A DNA stretch of 64,000 bases. Origin: a virus. Its lineage: Duplodnaviria > Caudoviricetes. The DNA is taken from positions 14,444 to 78,443 of the IMG/VR virus record IMGVR_UViG_3300025251_000012; one strand, written 5' to 3'. The position numbers and the translations under genes were made by a program. Each line of letters starts with the position of its first letter. Positions within the stretch are counted from its first letter, which is position 1. Under the pieces are notes generated by a model. That model searched no databases and was not told the DNA's origin. It worked only from the letters and a program-made list of their open reading frames with translations. This document shows positions 30,021 to 38,874 of the stretch, piece by piece.

Positions 30021-32216
30021 GTGTCTTATAAACCTCTGTTTCCTATTGATAGTGACGAGGCCGAAGAACGGCCTACAGAGCTAACTATAGGTGACTTCTC
30101 CACTACAAGGTTTGTAAGTCTTCTTAAGAAGCTTGGTATTAAGGGCAGCATAAAAGTGGGTAAACCAGGGAAAATATCTGTGTACCCATTTAATCTAACG
30201 CCGCGACTTGGCCGCCTGTACCAAGAACAGAAAAAGAGTTTGAACTTTTGTGACCTAGTTAAGGCTGCTAACTTTGTGGCTCCACCAAAAGCGAACGCGG
30301 AAGCCGCTGCGGAAGCACCGGTTGGCACGGTTCATTATTGGAAAACAGGGCCGCATAAGAAAGTTGCGCCGGGGAAGTGGGTGCCAGTTACAGAAGAACA
30401 CGCTAAAAAGTTAATGGAAACGAAGCAAAGACCTCCGCAAAGGGTTAACGACCCAGACAAGGAATGGGGCAATGATCTCGATAAGAAAAATGATGATGGC
30501 ACGGTCACGCTTTACCACCGGACTAGCGCTGAAGGAGCGCAGGGTATTACAGAAAGCGGTACGTTCTATTCAAAAGAATACGATGGTTCGGCGTATTTCT
30601 CTACACGTGATCATGGGGCGGCTTCCAGTTACGGCGACCACCTTATCGCGGTAGACATTGATCCGGGTTACGTCCATTTAAATGATGAGTTTTCTGATGG
30701 GGAAGTGCATGTACGTGTAACCCCCGAAAACCACCAGAAGATGCGGAACTTGCAGGTTTTAGAGGGCGGTGCATTTGAGGACGTTGTAGAAGGGTTTGAG
30801 TACGCAGACAAGCTGGCGATGTGGGTAGAAGACCAGGGTATTGAAGACGCAGCCACTTTTGCCGCAGCAGATCTAGGGGGCACTGGCGCTAAGGATACTA
30901 ACGAGGTCACGACGCACATAGAGAATAATACAAGTGGGCAAATAGACAGGGCCGGTGCAAGGGCTGAACTTTCCAAAACAGGCGACTGGCATTACCTCCA
31001 TAAAGTTTCGGTAGACGCTGTAGACACAAAGACGCACGGGGACGTTGAGCCTAGTGGTGAAGAAGACCTTGATGTGCCGATTGTGATCAACGCCAAGGGC
31101 GAAGTTATTGATGGCCGTCACCGGGTAGAGTTAGCGCGAAAGCGGGGTATCAAAGAGTTACCAGCTTACATGCCAGCATCAAAGTACTGGGAAGATAACT
31201 TAGAGGTAGATGAACCCGACCGGGGCGTATTTTTCGGTGACGAAAAGAAGCCACCCCCCGAAGGGTGGACGATGGAGGACGGGCTTAAAAAGCTTTCTGA
31301 AACGCCGTCCGACGACTTCATGGAATCGGGTTATGGCACAGAACCGGCCGATTATTGGCTTCATATTGAAGACGCTATTGAAAACGTGTTCGATGGCGCA
31401 AAATTACCGGGTGGCTACAAAGCGCGGGATTATAATGTAACCCCGTTTCAAGTTAGCGAGGATGATTACACGTATCGTGGTGTAGGGTCTGAAAAATACA
31501 CTCAGGGGGTTGAGGTAAGTGGCGATATAGATGTAGTTGACACTAAAACCGGGGTGACACTAGATACGATTGGTACGTATCACCGCGAGTTCACAATTAA
31601 TTCCGAAGGCGACTTGGAAGTGCACCATGGGTCGCTATTTCTTAATGCTCACGTCCAAGGCGAAGGAATCGGATCCGCCTTTATAGCTCATAGCCTCGAA
31701 TCCTATGGCCCATTAGGAGTAAAGAAAATAACCATAGAGCCCGCAGAGGTTGGTGCTTATGTTTGGGCACGCCTCGGGTTTAGTTGGGGAAGCCCCGACA
31801 AAGCCGAGCGGAATCTTATCCCCTTTGTGGCCCGGGAAATTGCGGAAGAAGTTAATAGGGTGAACCGGGGCACAGAGGGGTATGTTGACATGACATACGA
31901 CGAAGCTGTGAAGATAGCGAGGAAGCATAAAGAACCTCATGATCTAGCCAGACTTCATGTTGGCGAGTTACACCTAGGGAAAGAGCTTCTGATGCACAAT
32001 TCGCGCTTGTGGAAGAAAATGGGTGGTGCCGCAATGGATATCCCAAGTAAAGAACATACCCGCCTTACAGAACATTTGAGTAAAAAGACAGCGGGGCGGC
32101 TGCAAAAAGCGGGCAAAAAAGGCGGCAAAAAGAAACAGATCTCACTTGGCGAAGATATGTTAAATGATGCAGATGCCTTTGGAGAGGCTATAAACCTGTC
32201 CAGAGAGGCGGAGTAG
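30021..32216 (+). CDS. Polyvalent protein: ADP-ribosyltransferase-like + ParB/Srx-like + GNAT-like domains
   Basis: TLYHRTSAEGAQGI...AYFST...A..YG...E (ART); PIVINAKGEVIDGRHRVELARKRGIKELPAY (ParB/Srx); HVQGEGIGSAF...KITIEPAEVGAYVWARLGF (GNAT motifs A/B). Confidence 0.7.
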   Translation: MSYKPLFPIDSDEAEERPTELTIGDFSTTRFVSLLKKLGIKGSIKVGKPGKISVYPFNLTPRLGRLYQEQKKSLNFCDLVKAANFVAPPKANAEAAAEAPVGTVHYWKTGPHKKVAPGKWVPVTEEHAKKLMETKQRPPQRVNDPDKEWGNDLDKKNDDGTVTLYHRTSAEGAQGITESGTFYSKEYDGSAYFSTRDHGAASSYGDHLIAVDIDPGYVHLNDEFSDGEVHVRVTPENHQKMRNLQVLEGGAFEDVVEGFEYADKLAMWVEDQGIEDAATFAAADLGGTGAKDTNEVTTHIENNTSGQIDRAGARAELSKTGDWHYLHKVSVDAVDTKTHGDVEPSGEEDLDVPIVINAKGEVIDGRHRVELARKRGIKELPAYMPASKYWEDNLEVDEPDRGVFFGDEKKPPPEGWTMEDGLKKLSETPSDDFMESGYGTEPADYWLHIEDAIENVFDGAKLPGGYKARDYNVTPFQVSEDDYTYRGVGSEKYTQGVEVSGDIDVVDTKTGVTLDTIGTYHREFTINSEGDLEVHHGSLFLNAHVQGEGIGSAFIAHSLESYGPLGVKKITIEPAEVGAYVWARLGFSWGSPDKAERNLIPFVAREIAEEVNRVNRGTEGYVDMTYDEAVKIARKHKEPHDLARLHVGELHLGKELLMHNSRLWKKMGGAAMDIPSKEHTRLTEHLSKKTAGRLQKAGKKGGKKKQISLGEDMLNDADAFGEAINLSREAE

Positions 32217-32222
32217 GTGCAT

Positions 32223-32381
32223 ATGAGCGGTAACGATATCGGTCATCGTGACTGGCGAATGCGTCTGCGCGAACAAGAAAGAATGTATATAAACGCCGCA
32301 GTATATCATGGTGATAAATACTTTGTGCGGCTGCGGACCAAAAGGTATAGACGTGTAGCCAGTACTTCTGGCACATGCTGA
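32223..32381 (+). CDS. Small basic protein (52 aa, below ORF-track cutoff)
   Basis: My translation MSGNDIGHRDWRMRLREQERMYINAAVYHGDKYFVRLRTKRYRRVASTSGTC; fills gap, AGGTG upstream. Confidence 0.4.
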   Translation: MSGNDIGHRDWRMRLREQERMYINAAVYHGDKYFVRLRTKRYRRVASTSGTC

Positions 32382-32394
32382 TTAGGAGGCTTTC

Positions 32395-32892
32395 ATGGCG
32401 ACTACGATTACCCCGGCGGCTTTGACCGTCACTATTAAAGAGAGCATTACACTTAATGGTCTCCAACGAGGCAACGAGCAGAAGCTTACCATTACTGGTG
32501 TTTCGGCGTTTGATAGCCGGATTCTTACGGTTACTTCAGGTACTCATAAAAAACTCGCTTCTTTTGGAAGCGGTACAGAAAGTGCTGGTAACTACGACTC
32601 CACAGCGGTTGTTTATGTACGCGTTACCAATTTGGATGCCGTAAATAGTGTAGACCTTATTTTGGAAGAGGCGGACGCCGAGGGCATTGTCGGGAATACT
32701 TCCCCAAGTGCCGCCTACTTTGTATTGGGTCCGGGCAAGTCTTTTTTGGTTGGCACAGCTTCTTTAAACACAGAAGCCGGGTTTGGCGCTGGTGCGCCTC
32801 CTAGTAGTATAGCTACGGCACCAACACTTTCTGGTATTTACGCGCAGTCTGACGCTAACGTGGATCTGGAACTGGTTATAGCCAGTACATAG
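32395..32892 (+). CDS. Conserved phage hypothetical (probable structural)
   Basis: MATTITPAALTVTIKESITLNG is an N-terminus I recall from aquatic phage proteins; RBS AGGAGG. Confidence 0.5.
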   Translation: MATTITPAALTVTIKESITLNGLQRGNEQKLTITGVSAFDSRILTVTSGTHKKLASFGSGTESAGNYDSTAVVYVRVTNLDAVNSVDLILEEADAEGIVGNTSPSAAYFVLGPGKSFLVGTASLNTEAGFGAGAPPSSIATAPTLSGIYAQSDANVDLELVIAST

Positions 32893-32900
32893 AGCCTAGT

Positions 32901-33260
32901 ATGTTTAAAAAGTTAAAACCTAAGTTCTTTTGGGGCAGCCGCGTTCCTGGGTGGCTTGGAAAAATACTACCCTTTAAGCCAGACGCGGTTAGCTTCTTAT
33001 GCTTTGTTTGGGTTAGATATCCGCACAAAGATAGGCGCTTACAGGATCACGAAACGATCCATTTTCAGCAACAATTAGAGTTGTTATTTGTTCTACAGTG
33101 GTTGTTGTACAGTCTTTTCTATCTAAAAAGACTGTACGACTACAGGAATGTTTACCAAGCATATTTGCAAAATCCTTTTGAAAGGGAAGCCTATTCAAAT
33201 GAAGGAAATAGACAATATCTAGAGCACCGCCCTAGGTTTGCGTGGTATAAATATATTTGA
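32901..33260 (+). CDS. Small HExxH zincin-like protein (DUF4157-like)
   Basis: HETIHFQQQ...NPFEREAY. Confidence 0.55.
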   Translation: MFKKLKPKFFWGSRVPGWLGKILPFKPDAVSFLCFVWVRYPHKDRRLQDHETIHFQQQLELLFVLQWLLYSLFYLKRLYDYRNVYQAYLQNPFEREAYSNEGNRQYLEHRPRFAWYKYI

Positions 33261-33319
33261 TGCTAGAAGTATAGACTAAAAGGTGTTGGTACAGTAATCT
33301 GGATGCGCCGAGGGGAATT

Positions 33320-33679
33320 ATGCTAGAACGCTTTAAACAAAACACATACGCTGTAGGGCACCAGTCCTCATCGAACGTTTGGACTATTACCGCTCAAAAT
33401 TTAGGTTACGACCCTACCGGGTCTTTTTCTGAACACCAAGTTCAAGTAGCAGGCATCGACGGCCCGGGTGCTGATGAAGCTGGCCTTTGGAAAGTCGAAA
33501 CTCGCCCCGATCATGGCACAAGCACTGTTCTTACAGAACAAGCTATAAATATGGGCACAGAAGACACGGTACTTTTTGACGCTTTGTTCGCAAAAACCAT
33601 TGTAGTTACGGTAGCCCCGCATTCTAATCACACGTCTGGGGATGTCAGGCTTGTTATTACCAGCCGTAGGAGACGCTAG
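33320..33679 (+). CDS. Hypothetical protein
   Basis: 119-aa ORF, RBS GAGGGG. Confidence 0.5.
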   Translation: MLERFKQNTYAVGHQSSSNVWTITAQNLGYDPTGSFSEHQVQVAGIDGPGADEAGLWKVETRPDHGTSTVLTEQAINMGTEDTVLFDALFAKTIVVTVAPHSNHTSGDVRLVITSRRRR

Positions 33680-35518
33680 ATGAGTACTTTTAAAGACGGC
33701 CAATTAATTTCTCGAATTATCGGCACTGGCGAACTCGGTGTTGGCCGCACCATTGACGGTGTTGACATTTCTGCCCATGCTAATGCGACAAATAACCCTC
33801 ATTCGGTCACTGCGGACCAAGCAAGTACGTCTACTATTAAGCTGGACTCCACTGGTACGGGTAAAATCGGGGTAGGGACTACTAGCCCTGTTCAAGCGCT
33901 CCATCTTAAAGGCAGTAACGCTTTTATTAAGCTCGAAGGCTCGGACGCGGCTAACGTCGAGTGGACCGTAGGCGTCGAAGGCGAAGACAATTTTATTATT
34001 CGCGACGACACGGGCGATAACAAGCGGCTTGTCATTGATAGTTCCGGTAACGTCGGAATTGGCACCAGCACCCCGGGCGCTAAACTGTCCATTCCTTGTC
34101 CTAGTGGTACCGTCCTTGAGTTTGGTGCCGCACAAAACCAAATTATGAAAGTTGTGGGTGTTTCGGGCACAGACACGGCCGGTAAAACACTATCCATTGC
34201 GGCGGGTGCGGGTACAGGTACTGGCGTTAGTGGGAATTTGATTTTTTATGTTGCTAATGCGGCCACAAGTACTGGAACAAGTGTCAACGGGCTCACAACG
34301 GCTTTGACCCTAACCGCGCAAAGCGCTGCTGCTGTTAGTGCAGGCCAAACCGGCCCGACAGCCACGTTTGCCGGTAACATCGAGTTGGGCGACCAACAAA
34401 GTATTCTGTTCGGTTCCGCAACGACAAGTGGGCAGAACAACGGCGATGTGGGTCTCAGTTGGAGCACGGATGGCACCCACGCTCTACAGTTCAATTTTAC
34501 AGGCGCTGACGAAGACGACTCAGGTGCTGGTGGTATTCGGATTGGCAGCGGGGCAAACCCGAAAGAGCAAATTGGTGCTTGCTTTGATGCCCAGATTCGA
34601 CGGGGGCACGCGACAACCGCGTGTTCGGGTTTCAAAGCTACTATGGATAACTCGTCTGGAGCACACGCGGCCGGTGCTGGCGCGGTCATGTTTGGTTTTC
34701 AGGCGGCAATGACGTGCGATGGCTCAGACAACGCAGGCTCTAACTATATCGGGTTTGATGTTGGAATTGATGGTCTAGACAGTAACGGATCGCCACCTCA
34801 ATTCACTGGGTACAACGTAACGCATGCGTCCGGTAAAGTGTTGGATACAGCTTTTGGGATTGGTGATAATGCTGGGAACTCTTATTTCCGCATTGCACAT
34901 ACCGGAGATTCGGGCGCGGGTGCGGGCGACGGAACGATTAACAACGTAGCTGGTTCGCTTCAGATTCAATCCGCAGAAGACATTATCTTCAAAAGCAACA
35001 GCGTTGAATGTGGGCGTGTACATGATGTGACCGGCCCGCCTGCAAATTCATCGGCAACAGCCGGGGGGCTTGGATTCCGTAGACGCGTTTTGACAATTGA
35101 TGCGGGAGGCGGCAACGCGTCAGTAACGCTAACAGCAGCGGATTCAGGTTCAATGGTGGTTTGCGCTCCGGGGTCAAACTGGATTGCGATTACACTACCC
35201 GCTATTACGGCAGGCCTTGAGGGTGTTTTCTTTGAGTTTGTTCTCGCGGAAGGCGATACCGTTCAAACCGGCAAATACGTTTCGATTGAGTGTGCTGGTG
35301 CTGACGGCAATGACGATCTTATGGGACAATTGACCTTAATTGATCGAAGTTCAGGCGCACCCGTAACCATTAGCGATATTGACGGCGATAAATTCATATG
35401 GCCCGAAGATGTCGAGGGCGGATCTTCCGCTAAGTTTACGGCGGTAGCAGGCGGGGCCAACGAGTCATGGCTCGTACAAGCGACTCAGAGCGGTGCGCAA
35501 GCAACGATTACTGACTAG
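33680..35518 (+). CDS. Tail fibre / receptor-binding-like protein
   Basis: GKIGVGTTSP and GNVGIGTSTP fibre repeats; C-terminal LTAADSGSMVVCA...ITLPA...GVFFEFV domain. Confidence 0.6.
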   Translation: MSTFKDGQLISRIIGTGELGVGRTIDGVDISAHANATNNPHSVTADQASTSTIKLDSTGTGKIGVGTTSPVQALHLKGSNAFIKLEGSDAANVEWTVGVEGEDNFIIRDDTGDNKRLVIDSSGNVGIGTSTPGAKLSIPCPSGTVLEFGAAQNQIMKVVGVSGTDTAGKTLSIAAGAGTGTGVSGNLIFYVANAATSTGTSVNGLTTALTLTAQSAAAVSAGQTGPTATFAGNIELGDQQSILFGSATTSGQNNGDVGLSWSTDGTHALQFNFTGADEDDSGAGGIRIGSGANPKEQIGACFDAQIRRGHATTACSGFKATMDNSSGAHAAGAGAVMFGFQAAMTCDGSDNAGSNYIGFDVGIDGLDSNGSPPQFTGYNVTHASGKVLDTAFGIGDNAGNSYFRIAHTGDSGAGAGDGTINNVAGSLQIQSAEDIIFKSNSVECGRVHDVTGPPANSSATAGGLGFRRRVLTIDAGGGNASVTLTAADSGSMVVCAPGSNWIAITLPAITAGLEGVFFEFVLAEGDTVQTGKYVSIECAGADGNDDLMGQLTLIDRSSGAPVTISDIDGDKFIWPEDVEGGSSAKFTAVAGGANESWLVQATQSGAQATITD

Positions 35519-35694
35519 CCCTGTCTATAGGGGTCTTTACCCCGCGCCCGTAATAAAGCCCTACACAAAAGCTTTATAATGTGTGTCCGATCATCGTAAA
35601 TATTCAGTTCTAGGCGCGAAGCTTTCCTAAGTAAATCCCTAACCTTTCTGTCAGTAAGGTCGGACTCTTTTAATGGTTTTTTTGGGGCAGGCAT
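35515..35694 (-). CDS. Small basic protein (59 aa, below cutoff)
   Basis: My translation MPAPKKPLKESDLTDRKVRDLLRKASRLELNIYDDRTHIIKLLCRALLRARGKDPYRQG; stop overlaps fibre stop (CTAG). Confidence 0.4.
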   Translation of the reverse strand: MPAPKKPLKESDLTDRKVRDLLRKASRLELNIYDDRTHIIKLLCRALLRARGKDPYRQG

Positions 35695-35821
35695 TAGTTT
35701 GAACTGTTTAAAATTGGCTTGGTGTGACCACGCGAATCGGCGCTATTTTGCGCGCGACTTCGCGCGGCCCTAAAATCGCTCTTGTAACTCATTGTAATAA
35801 TTACCAAATAATAAACGTTCA

Positions 35822-35843
35822 AAATGCTCATTTTTGAGCATTT
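35822..35843. repeat. Perfect 9-bp inverted repeat in AT-rich gap
   Basis: AAATGCTCA-TTTT-TGAGCATTT. Confidence 0.6.
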
Positions 35844-35879
35844 AAAAACAATGGTTTAAAAAGTTCTAACCTTTAGAAA

Positions 35880-36047
35880 TTATTTTCTAGTGGAGGCCAG
35901 AAACGCGGTGACCTCATCTTCTATTTTCATAAGGATAAAACGCGGATTCTCTTTGTTGCGACGGTCGCAAAGACCTTGTACTCGCAGTAATAGCGCCCGG
36001 GCACGCTTGTACTCGTTGTCCATTAGAGCCTTGAATATATCAGACAT
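35880..36047 (-). CDS. Small protein (55 aa, below cutoff)
   Basis: My translation MSDIFKALMDNEYKRARALLLRVQGLCDRRNKENPRFILMKIEDEVTAFLASTRK; TAATG overlap with upstream gene. Confidence 0.5.
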   Translation of the reverse strand: MSDIFKALMDNEYKRARALLLRVQGLCDRRNKENPRFILMKIEDEVTAFLASTRK

Positions 36048-37414
36048 TAAAACCACTCGTATCCGGTGCCTTTTCGTATCTCTGCAATACGGCTATCACC
36101 ACGATAAACTGCCCCACCAATTACACAGCGCCCATCTTTAATTGGTATCACTTCGCACAAAGCGGTGGGTTTTCTTGAGGCAGTTGCCGGTAGTAGATTA
36201 ATTATGCCAAGCCCTTGCTGCCAATTGCTGCGGTGCGTGGACCCAGGAATAACCCCATCTAGTCTACAGAGGCATCCAGGAGACATTGCGAACAATGTTT
36301 CTTGCCCATCGGCCTTTGTGATGGTTTTTGAGCAAAGCTCAAGTCGGTGAATATGGCCGAACACGACAGATGAGTTGGCTTCCTTTATAAGGCTGGCTGT
36401 AGTAGCACCACTCCCAGACCTAACCCTATCGCCATGGTAAACCCTAACCTTGTCCCAAAGCCAAAGCTCCGCCGCCGGGTACCCCTCTAAGTACTCAATG
36501 TCTAAACTATCTAGAGCTAATAACCTTTTAACAGAGAGCGCAGCCGGTCCACCTGGGTCATTCACGGGCCTTAGATCTACAGCTTCTGATAGTTGCCCAA
36601 TTAGCTGTTTCTGTAAGCGCTTTTCGTGGTTGCCCTCTAGGTAATATATTTTAGCTGTTGGGGCGGCCAACCGAAGTTGCGCGCACCACCAATGCAGTTC
36701 TAGAAGTGTCGGCATAGTGGTAAAGGCAAGGTTGGGTTCTGTTAGGTAAGTACCAAAGGGGCCTAAATCCAGCATGTCCCCCAATAAAACTATGATTTCT
36801 GGCTGAAGCGTTTGCGCGGCTTGTATGGCTATGTCCCAAGCGAGGCGGTCATGCAGGGGCTTGTGCTCGTTTGTTTTCCTTTCTATGCGGTACCCGTTCT
36901 GTGAATCTGGGATTATAAGCGCACGTAGCAGCCCTTGAGCATTTCCCCTGCCGGGGCGTCGGCTGATGTTTTTGACTGGCTCTAGGACAAACCGGGCAAA
37001 GTCTGGGATACGCTCTAAGTAGGCTTTGACTTGCCACATGGCGACGGTATCGCCGCCCTTAGTCATGGCGTCCCATTTGTTTGCCGTCCATTTAGACACC
37101 CGCCATTCGTTAGTGTCTATTTGAGCTTCTTTTAGAAGGCCATAGAGAGTTTTAACTCTGCCTTTAGCATTTAGTACAAGGCTTTCGCCGTCGCGCTCTA
37201 TTGCAATACTATCTGGAACGGCGGCCGGTTTTATATCCCCAAGATCGACTTTGTTACGTTTAAGAACCCTATAAATACGGGTTCTATTCGTACCAAGCTT
37301 CTTAGCGATTTGTGTTATCGGAACACCCGTCTGTATTAGGGGTGTTATCTTGTCTAGTAACTCTACATCTTTAGATGACGGCATAGACGCTCCTAGCGCA
37401 GTTGGCGCTATCAT
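36047..37414 (-). CDS. Calcineurin-like metallophosphoesterase with N-terminal HTH
   Basis: IIPDSQ, LGDMLD, EGNHE, YHGD, GHIHR motifs; N-term ITQIAKKLGTNRTRIYRVLKR. Confidence 0.8.
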   Translation of the reverse strand: MIAPTALGASMPSSKDVELLDKITPLIQTGVPITQIAKKLGTNRTRIYRVLKRNKVDLGDIKPAAVPDSIAIERDGESLVLNAKGRVKTLYGLLKEAQIDTNEWRVSKWTANKWDAMTKGGDTVAMWQVKAYLERIPDFARFVLEPVKNISRRPGRGNAQGLLRALIIPDSQNGYRIERKTNEHKPLHDRLAWDIAIQAAQTLQPEIIVLLGDMLDLGPFGTYLTEPNLAFTTMPTLLELHWWCAQLRLAAPTAKIYYLEGNHEKRLQKQLIGQLSEAVDLRPVNDPGGPAALSVKRLLALDSLDIEYLEGYPAAELWLWDKVRVYHGDRVRSGSGATTASLIKEANSSVVFGHIHRLELCSKTITKADGQETLFAMSPGCLCRLDGVIPGSTHRSNWQQGLGIINLLPATASRKPTALCEVIPIKDGRCVIGGAVYRGDSRIAEIRKGTGYEWF

Positions 37415-37442
37415 CTAACGATACGGTAATTTTTTGGAGTAC

Positions 37443-37760
37443 TTAGGCCACAATGATGGCAGCGGCGGTTATGATAAACCACGTTTTTAACGCCGCAGTA
37501 ACTTCGGGGTATCCAAGGGCGGAAACGACTAATGAAATGGCGTAAAGGCACCACACAATCCCAGTTAGGTACCCAGCCGTCTTTAGTAACTTATTACCTA
37601 GAACATCTATAGATTCCGCTCTCGTTAGTACTATATGCCGTGCATCTTCGTCCTGGATGTTCATGCCCCGGGCATACATTTTTGCTGCGATAATAAGCAT
37701 TAATATAGCGATCATTATTGCACCCATTCGGATGTCGGAGCTATGGCGAAACCGCCGCAA
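37443..37760 (-). CDS. Small multi-pass membrane protein (holin candidate)
   Basis: Three hydrophobic stretches in about 100 aa; start uncertain. Confidence 0.35.
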   Translation of the reverse strand: MRRFRHSSDIRMGAIMIAILMLIIAAKMYARGMNIQDEDARHIVLTRAESIDVLGNKLLKTAGYLTGIVWCLYAISLVVSALGYPEVTAALKTWFIITAAAIIVA

Positions 37761-37930
37761 AGCCAGGTTTCCGCCCGGGTATATGCGTCTTGAATTTCTA
37801 TTGCTGGCGTGTCGTCACCATATTTCTCTAGTAGCATTTGCATGCCAAGGGGACTAAACATCGCGCTGATTGCATCATCAATAGAAATAAGCGGGTTTGA
37901 CAACGGCTCTTGTTGACAAGGTTTTTCCAT
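37715..37930 (-). CDS. Hypothetical protein (~71 aa)
   Basis: Likely start MEKPC at 37930 within the 37715..38014 ORF; fills gap. Confidence 0.35.
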   Translation of the reverse strand: MEKPCQQEPLSNPLISIDDAISAMFSPLGMQMLLEKYGDDTPAIEIQDAYTRAETWLCGGFAIAPTSEWVQ

Positions 37931-37946
37931 CCAACCCCCAGAAAAG

Positions 37947-38372
37947 TTAGGACTTCGCATCGTCCGACGCTTCGGCTTCGGCTTCAGCTTCATTGGAGGC
38001 TTTTGCGACGGCAATGTCCATAACTTGGGGATCTTCGGACAGCTTTTTTAGGAACCCCTGAAACTCTTCCACCCATTCACGTCTGTTCATAGCCCAGACA
38101 CAGAAGGATACAAGAAATCCACCCAGGTTAAGGTCAGCGTGGTTATCCGGCCCAAGATGCAGGACATACTCACCATTTTCTCGAAACAATAGGAAAGACT
38201 CCGCAGAATTTACGTCTAGTGTTGGCGGCGCGTCACTAGAAGCGGCGCTTTCGCCAGGAGAAGCGGGCACAGCATCCTCTAGTAGTGCCTGCTCTAAGTA
38301 ACTAGGTTGTTCGTGAGCAGCCTGTCCCACTGGATTTCCATTAACATCTACTAAATCGCTTTTAGCGGCCAT
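37947..38372 (-). CDS. Hypothetical acidic protein
   Basis: 141 aa, RBS AGGAG. Confidence 0.55.
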   Translation of the reverse strand: MAAKSDLVDVNGNPVGQAAHEQPSYLEQALLEDAVPASPGESAASSDAPPTLDVNSAESFLLFRENGEYVLHLGPDNHADLNLGGFLVSFCVWAMNRREWVEEFQGFLKKLSEDPQVMDIAVAKASNEAEAEAEASDDAKS

Positions 38373-38376
38373 AACA

Positions 38377-38874
38377 TTACTCCTTTTCCGGTGACCACGC
38401 TTTAATTACGGGCCGTCTTTTGTCTTCGCTAAACACCAGTACGCAAGAAGGCGCTGGTGAGGCGTTGGTTGTTTTCAAATCTCCGCGCATGAAATGGATT
38501 CTACCTTTAATCATTCTTATTTCTGAGGCCTTTAGTGCCCAATCGTGCCACCATTTCGTATCCGACCTTACATAAGTTAGAACTATTACGGTACAACCTT
38601 TAAGGGATTCCTTGTAGGCCTTTTCAATCCACTTACCAATGCCGCGCCCGTATGGGGGGTTTACCCACACAATGTTTGCAGCGGCTGACCAGTCTTTAAG
38701 AAGTGCATTATCCTTCTTAGTAAAGTACGCGTCACACTTTGCAGAGTCTTCTGTAGCACAGGCATCTAGCTCAAATTCAAACTCATCGTCTAACGGATCA
38801 AATATATATGAAGGCGTGTACCATTCATTGCTATTGGATGAGTAAAGTTGTTCGGCGTTCCAGGGCGATGTCAT
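38377..38874 (-). CDS. Phage DNA N6-adenine methyltransferase (Dam-like phage family)
   Basis: EWYTP...FELDACA...VWVNPPYG...TKWWH...IKGRIHF. Confidence 0.9.
   Translation of the reverse strand: MTSPWNAEQLYSSNSNEWYTPSYIFDPLDDEFEFELDACATEDSAKCDAYFTKKDNALLKDWSAAANIVWVNPPYGRGIGKWIEKAYKESLKGCTVIVLTYVRSDTKWWHDWALKASEIRMIKGRIHFMRGDLKTTNASPAPSCVLVFSEDKRRPVIKAWSPEKE

Noticed and set aside
16575-35518. Diversity-generating retroelement acting on fibres
   Set aside because: No reverse transcriptase in the window, and I saw no ~100-bp near-duplicate differing only at adenines.
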